Source: Hemiscyllium ocellatum
Lineage: Eukaryota
Direction of reading: 5' to 3'
Assembly (NCBI RefSeq): GCF_020745735.1
Contig: NW_026867601.1
Span: forward strand, 62,001-126,000
DNA: 64,000 bases
Of this stretch, positions 34,930 to 47,386 are shown piece by piece (the first letter of the stretch is position 1; each line of letters begins with the position of its first letter). The notes below the pieces were generated by a model that was not told where the DNA came from, ran no database searches, and was given only the letters and a program-made list of their open reading frames with translations. The position numbers and the translations under genes were made by a program.

Positions 34930-36600
34930 TAGAGCCTTCTTAAGTAACGCCACCACATTAGCCCATCTCTGGTCTTCCAGCACCTCAGCCATGATTATCA
35001 ATGATACAAACACCTCAGCAAGGGGCTCCGGAATCTCCACCTAATCTTCCCACTAAGTTCTGGGAAACACCTGATCAGATCTCAGGGATTTCAGGGATTT
35101 ATCTCTGTTTTTTGGCTTCGAGACATACAGCGCCTCCTCTACTCTGAGATGAACTCTTTTTAAGGCAATACTATGTATTTCCCAATTTCCTGAGTTTCCA
35201 TGCACCTATTAATGCAAAATATTTGTTCAGTGTCTCATCCATCTCTTGTGGTCTCACACATAGGCAGCTATGGTGGTCTTTAAGCGGCTGTATTCTCTCC
35301 TTGATTATTTTCTACCCTTTCTGTATTAATGGAATCGTTTGGGATTTTCTTTAACATTATTTGTCAAAGTTACGTCATGCCCATTTTTTACCTTCACGAT
35401 TTCCGACTGCCCTTTTTTCCTTTTCCGGATTCACTCGATCCCACCTGCCTACATCTGATATATCTCTCCTATTTCTTGACCAGTGTCTCAATTTCTCCTG
35501 TCATACTGCTTTCCCTGCACCGACGAAGTTTACCCTTCACACAAACAGGAACATACCATCACTGAACTCTCATGATCTCATGCTTAAATGCTTCCCATTT
35601 CCCAACCGTACCTTCTCCTGTGCATAGCCCGCCATCCCTAAATCAACCAGATTTTCAAAGTTCCTGTGAGATGCCATCAAACCTGGCCTCACTCCAATTT
35701 GGAACATTCATTTTTTTAATCAATTCTACTATTTTTCATAACGGCTTTCAGACTAATAGAATTACGATTACTTGCTCCGAAGTCTGCCCCCAGGACATCT
35801 CAGTCACTACTCAGTTTCGGAACAGAAGTTCAAGTATTGCACAACCTCTAGTCAGTGCTTCCATATATTGAATACGAAATCTTCCTTGTATAAACCTAAC
35901 CAATTACTCCCCATCCAAGACCTTAACACAATGACAGTCCCAAAAATTGGAAAGTCAAAAATCACTGACCATAATCCGATTGTTCTTACATATAGCTGAG
36001 ATCTCCTTACATATTCACTTGCGAAAGTCCAGTTGACTATTGGGAGGACTATATTACACTTCCAGTAAGGTGATCACCCCATTTCTCAAAATTAGGTTCC
36101 ATCTATGTAACGTCACTGGGCAGTCTCCCAGAATTTCCTCGCAGCATCCAGCCAAACTGTGCTTCTGAAGCAGTACCACTCCTCCTCCACTCTTGTTTTC
36201 CCCCTCACCCTGTCTATCCTTTATATAGCATCTACACTCCTGAAGATTAAGCGGCCAGTCCTGTTCATCCCTGAGCCACATTTCTGTAATGGTTACGATA
36301 CCCCCATCCCAAATTCCCATCCATGCCCTATGTTCACCTGCCCCGTCTGTCAGGCCTCTTGCACTCAAGTAAATGCTGCTTTGCAGTCTTACCTCATTTA
36401 TGCCAAACTGTTGCCTGTCTTGACTCTTCGAATGGTTCACCGTGTCTATTTTACCATCCTCAACCTTTTCCTTTTTCTCACTATTGCATTGAGTCTCACC
36501 ATCACCCTTACCAGCTTGAAGCCTTCAGGGTATCACGAGAAAGTTTTCCCATAACAGTGTTGGTCCCTTTCCAATTCAAGTGAAACCTGTCCCTCTTAAA
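34930..36600 (-). mobile_element. decayed CR1 LINE 5' part (ORF1 end and APE endonuclease)
   Basis: YLSARGLT..AGEHRAW...VTITEMWL.DEQDWPLN...DRQG..GGGVVLL. Confidence 0.8.
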
Positions 36601-38009
36601 GATGTCATTTCTGTTGATGAAGAGATCTCAATGATCGGGAAATGTGAATCCTAGCCCTTGCAACAGCTCCTCAGCCGCGCATTTTTCTGCTCGTTTTTTT
36701 TTATTATTCCAACTCTCAATATTCCATTAGTTTTTAAACAAAGCCCAACATTATGTTTGCCTTTGTTGCAGTTAAAATTAAAAACTGGCATTTCGTCATT
36801 CTGTGATGAGGATTCCCAAATCTGTTCGTAGATTTCAGAATTCAATCTTTATGTAAATAATATTCAGTTGCTCTACCTTTCCTGCTAAAATTCATAACTT
36901 CATTTTTATGTCATTTCTGATTTATTTCACCCCATTATATTAATATGCAAAGTTTCTTGTTCCCTCTCTTTTCCAATCTATCACCCTCTGCAAACTGTTT
37001 TGCTTCATACCCACCACTTACCTCCTCTACAATTTTCGTGTCATTTGCCAACTTGTCTGCAGTACATTCACTTCCCTCATCTAAGTCGTTAAAATACTTT
37101 GTTAATATTTGTGTCCCCTGAAACGGATTTATGTGGTATCCACCAGCTACAGATTGACATCCTGTAATGTTAAATGTGGAATCAAACACTCTTACGCTTG
37201 TGATTTCCACAATCTTCTCCCCGTGGCAACACAATACCTCAGAAACCACAGGCTGTTATCTTGTTAAATAATCTTACGTGTGGTACCTTATTAAATGTCT
37301 TCAGAAAACAAAAAAAATCACAAATTCCTCCTTATTCTCAAAGAATTCTAACACATTTATCAAGCAAGATTTCCCTTTTGTAAATCCATTCTCAGTCCTC
37401 TTGATCATGTCATGTACTTTTAAATGCTCTGGTGTGACGTGCTTTATTATAGACGACGTAATTTTTCCAATAAATGATGTTAATTATCCAATAATGGCCT
37501 CAGTCAGACTTTTTTGTGTCCTTACTTTTTTTGAGTGAAGATGTTACCTTGTCACTTTGCCAATCTCGTCATACTTTCCTGAAACCTAATGATTATTGTA
37601 AAGTTAACTAGTGCATCCAACACATTTTTTTTCTTACTTATTTTTCTATCTTGGATTGCACCGCATTAGTTCCAATGCATTTTGCGGTAAATACTCCTGT
37701 AAATTTCTCTGACGTTTTCTTTTTAGTGAAAGTCATTGTATTGCATTGCTCACCGTTTCTTTTGCCATTCATTATTTCTTAATTATAGAATGTTCATTGC
37801 TTGCTACTTTCACGGCAGATGCTGACTATTTATTCATCTTTTCTGTCATTTCGTGGTTCCCAGTCAGGAATTCCCAGCTTCATTCAATATGGGCCTATAT
37901 TCACGTTGGTTTTTCTCTTCAGTTCTTTCTATTTAAGAATGCTCTTGCCGTCCACTTTAATATCAGCCGTGGTTTCACTTTCGATGTTTACCTTCTCCCG
38001 CCTTATTAA

Positions 38010-38142
38010 TCTCTACATAGAACATAGAACATTACAGCGCAGTACAGGCCCTTCGGCCCTCCATGTTGCGCCGCCCTGTCATACTAATCTGAAGCCCATC
38101 CCACCTACACTATTCCATGCACGTCCATTTGCCTGTCCAATT
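38010..38142 (-). mobile_element. short CR1 3' end
   Basis: (CATAGAA)n tail; same tail family as 44600-44736. Confidence 0.75.
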
Positions 38143-38639
38143 TGCAGGCTTATTGATATTTCTATAAACATTCCGAATGTTCTGCTCACCGAAAATATTT
38201 CCCACATTTTATGTTTTCCTTTTAATTCAATTTGTTGCTATTTGCAACTCTTCTACATAAACATAATGCACTCGTCCCCTTCCTAGATTTCTTCCTTCTC
38301 ACTTGAATTATATCATTACTGTGAGCGTTGAACTGTTTCTCTGAATGGATTGCCATTGTTCTTCACATTGTTCCCGTTTCCTGGTCCATCCCAGCAAACT
38401 CTGCCCTCATCCGTTTACAATTGCACTTATATAAGCTGAGCACATTTGTTTCGGATGTAAGATTCTCCCTATCCAAATGAATGCTCAAACCTTGCTGTTC
38501 CGAGGCAATCTTTCAGTCTGTCACCACTCATAAAATCTGACTCATTGCACATTACCAGATTCAGTACATCAAGATTTCAGGTTGAACCACGATATACTGT
38601 TTCAGGGATCTGTATGAATTCTTCTTTGTGACTACCTTT

Positions 38640-39390
38640 GTTGATAGAGTCATAGAAATGTACAGCACAGAAACAGACACTTCGGTCCAACTCGCCCATG
38701 CCAATCAGATACCCCAACCTAATCTCGTCCCACCTGCCAGTACCATGCCCATCCCCCTCCAAACTCTTCCTATTCATATGCCTATCCAGGTGTCCTTAAA
38801 ATATTGCAATTGTAACCAGCCGACACCACTTCCTCTGGCAGCTCATTCCATGCACGTATCACCCTCTGCATGAAAACAGTTGCCCCTTAGGTCTCCTTTA
38901 TAACTTTCCCCTCTCACCATAAACTTATGCCTTCTAGTTCTGGACTCCCCCACTCCGGAGAAAAGACTTTGTTTATTCATCCTATCCATACCCCTCATGA
39001 TTTTAGAAACCTCGATAAGGTCACCCCTCAGCCTCCGATGCTCCAAGGGAAACAGCCCCAGCCTATTCAACCTCTCAAATCCTCCAACCCTGGCAGCATC
39101 CTTATAAAACTTTCCTTACCCCTTTCAAGTTTCACATCATCATTCTGATAGAAAGGAGACCAGAGTTGCACGCAATATTCCAAACGTGGCCTAACCAATT
39201 TTCTGTACAGCCGCAATATGACCTGCCAATTCCTGTACTCAAAACTCAGACCAATAAAAGAAAGCATACCAAGCGCCTTCTTCGCTCTCCTGTTTTCCTG
39301 CGACTCCACCTTCAAAAGGAGCTATGAACCTGCACTCCAAGGTCTCCTTGTTCAGCAACACTCGCTATGACCTTACCATTAAGTGTAAAA
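38640..39390 (-). mobile_element. CR1 LINE 3' fragment
   Basis: LYRKLVRPRLEYCVQLWSP...LGLFPLEHRRLRGDLIEV. Confidence 0.92.
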
Positions 39391-40584
39391 GTCTTTTTGT
39401 CTGTCTGTCAATTGATGTGAAGATTAATTTGCCAGTGATTAATACAATGCCTTTCTTCTCATGCTTCATCATCTTCTGATCTCTGTCATGCTTTCTTATA
39501 ATTTCGTGATTCTAGAATTTATTCCAGCAACGTTGTCTTTCCCATGGTATTTCTGACCTTCACCTGCATGGATTTTATATCGACTAATGACAAAGCCTAT
39601 GGCTCAGTAATACTTAAACATGCTTGGTTTACGTCATGTCTTTCAAAAACATTTGATACCACTTTGTGCAATGGTTGTGACGTGACTAAGAAAACCAGCA
39701 ATTAATCTCAATTGTACCAGCAGTGTGTCACAACAGACCTGAATGTGTTGATCGGAGAAGCGACTCTCAGTCCGCACTTCCATCTGCTGGAGAAGCACTG
39801 ACATTACACTGATGGTGAAAATGTCAACAATACGTGTCTGATATCAATCTATTGAGAAAGCAATTGCACGCTTATTCTAGCTCATCACCTTAAGCTGGCA
39901 GCTGTAGCATTATGCAACAACTCATTGAAAGTGGATAAGACTAATTAGCATCAAATCATGGTCAAATTTTGAGAGAAATGTCTCCATTCCTTGTCGTGTA
40001 GGTTTGTTCATCTCTCTTAACGATACCAACTCTGACAATGTGGCGTCTTTATGGGCCGAGTGAAAAAAAAACAAGGGTAAAAAGAACATAAGTGGGTGTC
40101 ACATGCACACCTCCAAACCGCAGAAGTGATGTTGGGAATGGCAGTAAACAGGAAATCTGAGGTGCATGTGATGAGGAAATTTTGGTGATCATGCATGATA
40201 TTAACTGCACATCGACTGGACTAACCAATTAAGTAACAATGGTGGAGAGGATGAATTTCTGGATTGTATGTGGGATGGTTTCCTTGACCAATATGTGCAG
40301 AAACCAACTAGAAAGCAGGCCATCTTACGTTGGATGCTGTGTAATGAGAAGTTCATCATTGCTAATCTAACTGTAGCAGATCCCTTGGGTACAAGCAACC
40401 ATGACACGCTAGAACATTTTAATCGAAATGGAGAGTGAGACCGTTGATACGGAGACTCGGGTGCTGAATCTTTAATTTTTCATTTAAAGGGTAGGCGATT
40501 TACGGGGTATCTTATAGAAATGTAAACGACCATGACAGGCATGAACTCAGCAGGTTCCCAGCGTTGGGTAATCCATAAGACTAT

Positions 40585-40892
40585 CAGACCATAAGACATA
40601 GGAGTGGAAGTAAGGCCATTCGGCCCATCGAGTCCACTCGGCCATTCAATCATGGCTGATGGGCATTTCAACTCCACTTACCAGCATTCTCCCCGTAGCC
40701 CTTGATTCCTTGTGACTTCAAGAATTTATCAATCTCTGCCTTGAAGACATTTAGCGTCCCGGCCTCCACTGCACTCCGTGACAATGAATTCCACAGGCCC
40801 ACCACTCTCTAGCTGAAGAAATGTCTCCGCATTTCTGTTCTGAATTGACCCCCTCTAATTCTAAAGCTGTGTCCACGGGTCCTAGTCTCAGG
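40585..40892 (-). mobile_element. CR1 3' end; a truncated copy recurs in the tandem units (43763-43963, 47585-47785)
   Basis: Tail agaccataagacataggag; FFSQRVV.LWNSL remnant. Confidence 0.85.
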
Positions 40893-42757
40893 TAAGGATG
40901 GAAATAAAATAAGGGAACCTGAGGGCCAACAGTTACACACTAAGACTGTTCAGCAAATGGAATGAGCTGCCAGTGGAATTGGTGAGGAGAAACATTAACA
41001 ATATTTAAAAGGTATTTGGACAAATACATGCACAGGAATGATTCAGAAAGATAAAGGGCCAAGTGCAGGGAAATAAGATAATCGTGGAAGGATAATTTGG
41101 TTGGTATGGATCAGTTTAGGCCGAAGCCCTGTCTCTGTGATGTGCAACTCTCACACTCTCGGACACAAATCAGATACCAGAAATGTTGGAGAATGCAAAT
41201 TTTACTGAGTGGGGGAACTGAGGCTGATCAATATTAGTGAAGAAATGTTGCTTTGATAATTGCGGGGATGGACGGTGGATCAACCCACAGGGCCTGATAA
41301 TCTACGTCCAAGCGTACTTCACAAAGTGGTTCCAGCAATAGATAATGCATTCACTGCCAGGATTGTCTACATTCCGATACAGTCCCTGCAGACTGGAGAG
41401 CAGCTGATATCACTCGAATATTAAAAAATGGAGACATTGTCTTTGTTTTCTCTATAATCCTGTATTTTCCTGCGGTAGTTCGGAGTTCTACTGAGACTCT
41501 CTTCGGGCGGAGTGTGTCCCCATGATACATGGTACAATAAACTGATTAATACTCAAGGTCTGCCTGCAGTGATTTTCTACAGCAGCGCGGGTGTTTAATT
41601 ATGTAACTGCATATACATTTCTGTGTCTATTGCCATGTAAGCACATCATATTGCCATGAAACCACTTTGGGTGTCAGAGGTCACCGGCATGCTCTCGTCG
41701 TTGGAAGATGCTCACGTGTATTTCAGATAATGTGCTTTCATGCAATGCAGCTTTCCTGCTTGATGAAGCGATGGTATACTAGCCTTCATAGTGAGGGGTT
41801 GAGTCCAGGAGCAGGGATGTGTTGTCGCCTTGGTGAGGCCACACCTCCAATATTGTATGCCGTTTTGGTCTCCTTTTCTGAGGAATGTATTATCTATCCT
41901 GTCTAGTCCTGTTAAGATTTTATAAGTCTCTATGAGATTCCTTCCTCATCCGTCTGAACTCGGGAGGAAACAATCCTAACGCATTTAATCTTTCCTCATA
42001 CGTCAGCCCCACCATCCCCGGAACCAGCCTGGTAACCCTTCACTGCACTCCCTCAAGAGCAAGACCATATTATTCTTCATCATTCTTGAAGCAGATCCTT
42101 TGCCTGACTGTAGAAAATCTCACCATGCAGAAAGTAAATTCACAAGTCACATGCATCCATTCCGCACTCATGCCCAGGCACACTTGTTTGATCATTTAGG
42201 GACTCTGCATTTGAGAGGACGCAGAATGTGCGAATTTGTAACGTCACCTCCAAATCTCAGCATAGCAACTGGGATACTCTCGTCCACATCTCAATTACAC
42301 CCAACATGTCTTTCACTCCTCCCTCTTCACCTTCCAGGGCTGTATAATTCCTTGCAAGCACATCTGTGCCTCTCGGTTGTCCAGACTGAAATAAAGAGTA
42401 TTGTTGTGACAAGATCTGCTGTTGGAATTGCTGAGGGAACTCAGCAGGAGCGGCAGTGCCTGAGGGAGGAAACGGAATTCTCATAAAGTTCCGTAGGAAT
42501 TCTAAAACGGAGTCTCCGATTCTCTCTCCGCAGATGCGGCCAGACCGGATGATTTTTTGTTTTCCTGCAGTTTCTGCTTTTGCTTTTAGCTGAATGTCTA
42601 TTCCATTGACCGGAATGATACACCCAGACACACCATGTACCGATATTTATATCTTTCAAAAACTGAGGCAATTGAATTCAAACAAATGCAGAACGATGCT
42701 CTTCCCTCAGCTCCACAGACAGAGGAACTCGGGAAAGCAGCGGCGTGACATGATTCT

Positions 42758-42834
42758 ATAGGTATAGCTGAGTGACTGCACTTATAAACAGGCAATCCCG
42801 TTTCTTATTGCGGTGTCGAATCCTGCTGCCGGTG
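42758..42834 (+). pseudogene. tRNA-shaped relic (also 46580-46656, 50398-50474)
   Basis: A-box-like TAGCTGAGTG, T-arm-like GCGGT-GTCGAAT-CCTGC, acceptor-like ATAGGTA/TGCCGGT (6/7 pairs including G-U); anticodon arm not recognisable. Confidence 0.35.
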
Positions 42835-42973
42835 GCTGAAAGCACAGCAAGAGGGAGTTTGTTTCGCATCTCTGTGTTTGGGATTCCAATCCCGGCGGGA
42901 AAACACTTCTTCCAGGTCAGAAGTGGTGTCAATCTCCAATGCACTCCCTGAACAGCTCGGATTCACCCGTGCA

Positions 42974-43096
42974 CCCTGATGAAGGGCTTATGCCCGAAAC
43001 GTCGAATTTCCCATTCCTTGGATGCTGCCTGACCTGCTGTGCTTTAACCAGCAACACATTTTCAGCTGTGATCTCCAGCATCTGCAGACCTCATTT
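42974..43096 (+). mobile_element. 123-bp PLE-tail insertion with hammerhead core and 12-bp TSD (also 46796-46918; partly deleted at 50614-50651)
   Basis: TTCACCCGTGCA at 42962-42973 and 43097-43108; insert starts CC-CTGATGA-A-GGGC-TTAT-GCCC-GAAAC-GTC. Confidence 0.8.
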
Positions 43097-43491
43097 TTCA
43101 CCCGTGCATTGCCAGCTTTGTTCGAATTGGTGTGTTTCCAGATTCCTGACTAGAGTTTTCTCGCTGAATTTGTTCAAGGCATTGACTGGAATAGACCATG
43201 ATTCAATGTATGAAAGTACATTTCACTGGGGTGGAACCTAAACCCGCAAAGTGACTGTGAATAAAACAATGGAAACTCTCAGCACAGGAACAAGAGACAC
43301 TGAAGCAGACACATGAGGACAAATATCTTTTCTCTGTCAGTGAAAGGCGCTGCTTCACAAAGGGGAGACTTCGAGGTGAAGCAGTGACGGTGATAATTTC
43401 TGCTGATGATTCACCCGATGATTGCCGTTTCTGACCGAAGTCCGTGTTTACATTACATACTGACAACCTGTCAGTTTCGCACCCGTGATTG

Positions 43492-43564
43492 AGGCCAGTA
43501 GCGTAATGGATAACGCGTCTGACTTCGGATCCGAAGATTGTAGGTTCGAGTCCTACCTGTCTTG
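43492..43564 (+). tRNA. tRNA-Arg-TCG: tRNA-Arg(TCG), two stem mismatches (C4-T69, T29-C41); function doubtful
   Basis: 73-nt cloverleaf, anticodon TCG at 43525-43527, intact GGTTCGAGTCC B box. Confidence 0.8.
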
Positions 43565-44008
43565 GGTCCGTGGCGCTCTTTATTGCGCATGCTTCCTGTT
43601 GCATTGCCATTTCTGACTTGTTTGGAGATGCTGGCATTGGATTCGTGCGTTTGTGAATTTGAAAGTTGCATTTCAGACCGTTGCAGCTCATTCTCACACC
43701 GGTGTATGTCAGCTCCTGATTTTACACTATGTGAGCAGCTGCTGGGATGAGAACCGCGTGTTCCATAGCCCTTGAATTCTTGTGACATCAAGAATTTATC
43801 AATCTCTGCCTTGAAGACATTTAGCGTCCCGGCCTCCACTGCACTCTGTGACAATGAATTCCACAGGCCCACCACTCTCTGGCTGAAGAAATGTCTCCGC
43901 ATTTCTATTCTGAATTGACCCTCCCTAATTTTAAGGCTGCGTCCACGAGTCCTAGTCTCAGGACTACAAGGAGTCAGTCTCATGTTTGGATGGAAATGAT
44001 ATAAGGAA

Positions 44009-44736
44009 ATGGAGTACTGGGCTAATGGTCGGATACCTGGTAGTGTGGATGAGCAGTGGGATCTTGGTGTCCATGTACACAGATCTCTGAAAATTGCCAC
44101 CCAGGTAAATAGTGCTGTGAAGAGGCATATGGTGTACTGGCTTTTATCGGTAGAGGAATTGAGTTCCGGAGTCCTGAGGTCATGTTGCAGTTGTATAAGA
44201 CTCTGGTGCAGCCGCATCTGGAGTATTGTGTGCAGTTTTGGTCGCCATACTATAGGAAGGATGTGAAGGCACTGGAACGGGTGCAGAAGAGGTTTACCAG
44301 GATGTTGCCTGGTATGGTAGGAAGATCGTATGAGGAAAGATTGAGGCACTTGGGGGTGATTTCATTGGAGAAAAGAAGGTTTAGGGGTGACTTGATAGAG
44401 GTGTGCAAGATGATTAGGGGTTTAGATAGGGTTGACCATAAGAACCTTTTTCCACGTATGGAGTCAGATATTACGCGGGAGCATAGCTTTAAATTAATGG
44501 TGGTAACTATAGGACTGATGTTAGGAGTAGATTCTTTACTCAGCGAGTCATGAGTTCATGGAATGTCCTGCCAGTAACAGTGGTGGACTCTCCCTCTTTA
44601 TGGGCATTTAAACGGGCATTGGATAGGCATATGGAGGATAGTGGACTAGTGTAGGTTAGGTGGGCTTGGATCGACGCAACACCGAGGGCCGAAGGGTCTG
44701 TACTGTGCTGTATTTTTCTATGTTCTATGTTCTATG
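44009..44736 (+). mobile_element. 5'-truncated CR1 (identical-position copy 47831-48558; remnant 51211-51473)
   Basis: MLQLYKTLVQPHLEYCVQFWSP...LEKRRFRGDLIEV; (TTCTATG)n tail. Confidence 0.93.
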
Positions 44737-47313
44737 AAACCTGAGGGCCAACTTTTATACACTAAGACCGATAAGCATATAGAATGAGCAGCCAGTGGAA
44801 GTGGTTGAGGGAGAAACATTAACAATATTTAAAAGGTATTTGGACAAATACATGCACAGGAATTGTTCAGAAGGATAAAGGGCCAAGTGCAGGGAAATAA
44901 GATTATCGTGGAAGGATAATTTGGTTGGCATGGATCAGTTTGAGCCAAAGCCCTGTCTCTGTGATGTGCAACTCTCACACTCTCGGACACAAATCAGATA
45001 CCAGAAATGTTGGAGAATGCAAATTTACTGAGTGGGGTAACTGAGGCTGATCAATATTAGTGAAGAAATGTTGCTTTGATAATTGCGGGGATGGACGGTG
45101 GATCAACCCACAGGGCCTGATAATCTACATCCAAGCGTACTTCACAAAGTGGTTCCAGCAATAGATAATGCATTCACTGCCAGGATTGTCTACATTCCGA
45201 TACAGTCCCTGCAGACTGGAGAGCAGCTGATATCACTCGAATATTAAAAAATGGAGACATTGTCTTTGTTTTCTCTATAATCCTGTAATTTCCTGCGGTA
45301 GTACCGAGTTCTACTGAGACTCTCTTCGGGCGGAGTGTGTCCCCATGATGCATGGTACAATAAACTGATTAATACTCAAGGTCTGCCTGCAGTGATTTTC
45401 TACAGCAGAGCGTGTGTTTAATTATGTGACTGCATATACATTTCTGTGTCTATTGCCATGTAAGCACATCATATTGCCTTGAAACCACTTTGGGTGTCAG
45501 AGGTCACCGGCATGCTCTCGTCGTTGGAAGATGCTCACGTGTATTTCAGATAATGTGCTTTCATGCAATGCAGCTTTCCTGCTTCATGAAGAGATGGTAT
45601 ACTAGCCTTCATTGTGAGAGGTTGAGTGCAGGAGCAGGGATGTGTTGGCGCCTTGGTGAGGCCACACCTCCAATATCGTATGCCGTTTTGGTCTCCTTTT
45701 CTGAGGAATGTATTATCTATCCTGTCTAGTCATGTTAAGATTTTATAAGTCTCTATGAGATTCCTTCCTCATCCGTCTGAACTCGGGAGGAAACAATCCT
45801 AACGCAGTTAATCTCTCCTCATACGTCAGCCCCACCATCCCCTGAACCAGCCTGGTAACCCTTCACTGCACTCCCTCAAGAGCAAGACCATATTATTCTT
45901 CATCATTCTTGAAGCAGATCCTTTGCCTGACTGTAGAAATCTCACCATGCAGAAAGTAAATTCACAAGTCACATGCATCCATTCCGCACTCATGCCCAGG
46001 CACACTTGTTTGATAATTTAGGGACTCTGCAATTGAGAGGACGCAGAATGTGCGAATTTGTAACGTCACCTCCAAACCTCAGCATAGCAACTGGGATACT
46101 CTCGTCCACATCTCAATTACACCCAACATGTCTTTCACTCCTCCCTCTTCACCTTCCAGGGCTGTATAATTCCTTGCAAGCGCATCTGTGCACCTCGGTT
46201 GTCCAGACTGAAAGAAAGAGTATTGTTGTGACAAGATCTGCTGTTGGAATTGCTGAGGGAACTCAGCAGGAGCGGCAGTGCCTGAGGGAGGAAACGGAAT
46301 TCTCATAAATTTCCGGAGAAATTCTGAAACGGAGTCTCTGATTCTCTCTCCACAGATGCGGCCAGACCGGATGATTTTTTGTTTTCCTGCAGTTTCTGCT
46401 TTTGCTTTTAGCTGAATGTCTATTCCATTGACCGGAATGATACACCCAGACACACCATGTACCGATATTTATATCTTTCAAAAACTGAGGCAATTGAATT
46501 CAAACAAATGCAGAACGATGCTCTTCCCTCAGCTCCACAGACAGAGGAACTCGGGAAAGCAGCGGCGTGACATGGTTCTATAGGTATAGCTGAGTGATTG
46601 CACTTATAAACAGGCAATCCCGTTTCTTATTGCGGTGTCGAATCCTGCTGCCGGTGGCTGAAAGCACAGCAAGAGGGAGTTTGTTTCGCATCTCTGTGTT
46701 TGGGATTCCAATCCCGGCGGGAAAACACTTCTTCCAGGTCAGAAGTGGCGTCAATCTCCAATGCACTCCCTGAACAGCTCGGATTCACCCGTGCACCCTG
46801 ATGAAGGGCTTATGCCCGAAACGTCGAATTTCCTATTCCTTGGATGCTGCCTGACCTGCTGTGCTTTAACCAGCAACACATTTTCAGCTGTGATCTCCAG
46901 CATCTGCAGACCTCATTTTTCACCCGTGCATTGCCAGCTTTGTGTGAATTGGTGTGTTTCCAGATTCCTGACTAGAGTTTTCTCGCTGAATTTGGTCAAG
47001 GCATTGACTGGAATAGACCATGATTCAATGTATGAAAGTACATTTCACTGGGGTGGAACCTAAAACCGCATAGTGACTGGGAATAAAACAATGGAAACTC
47101 TCAGCACAGGAACAAGAGACACTGAAGCAGACACATGAGGACAAATATCTTTTCTCTGTCAGTGAAAGGCGCTGCTTCACAAAGGGGAGACTTCGAGGTG
47201 AAGCAGTGACGGTGATAATTTCTGCTGATTATTCACCCGATGAAGGCCGTTTCTGACCGAAGTCCGTGTTTACATTACATACTGACAACCTGTCAACGCG
47301 ACGCCAGCGGTTG

Positions 47314-47386
47314 GGGCGAGTAGCGTAATGGATAACGTGTCTGACTTCGGATCAGAAGATTGTCGGTTTGAGTCCTACCTGGCTCG
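47314..47386 (+). pseudogene. tRNA-Arg-TCG: tRNA-Arg(TCG) probable pseudogene
   Basis: Anticodon TCG at 47347-47349, but B-box C56>T (GGTTTGA), T-stem mismatch (GTCGG/CCTAC) and acceptor G5-G68 mismatch. Confidence 0.8.

Noticed and set aside
43471-44349. 292-aa and 248-aa minus-strand ORFs (43471-44349, 47293-48039)
   Set aside because: They are chimeras of antisense CR1, sense CR1 3' end and the reverse complement of the tRNA.
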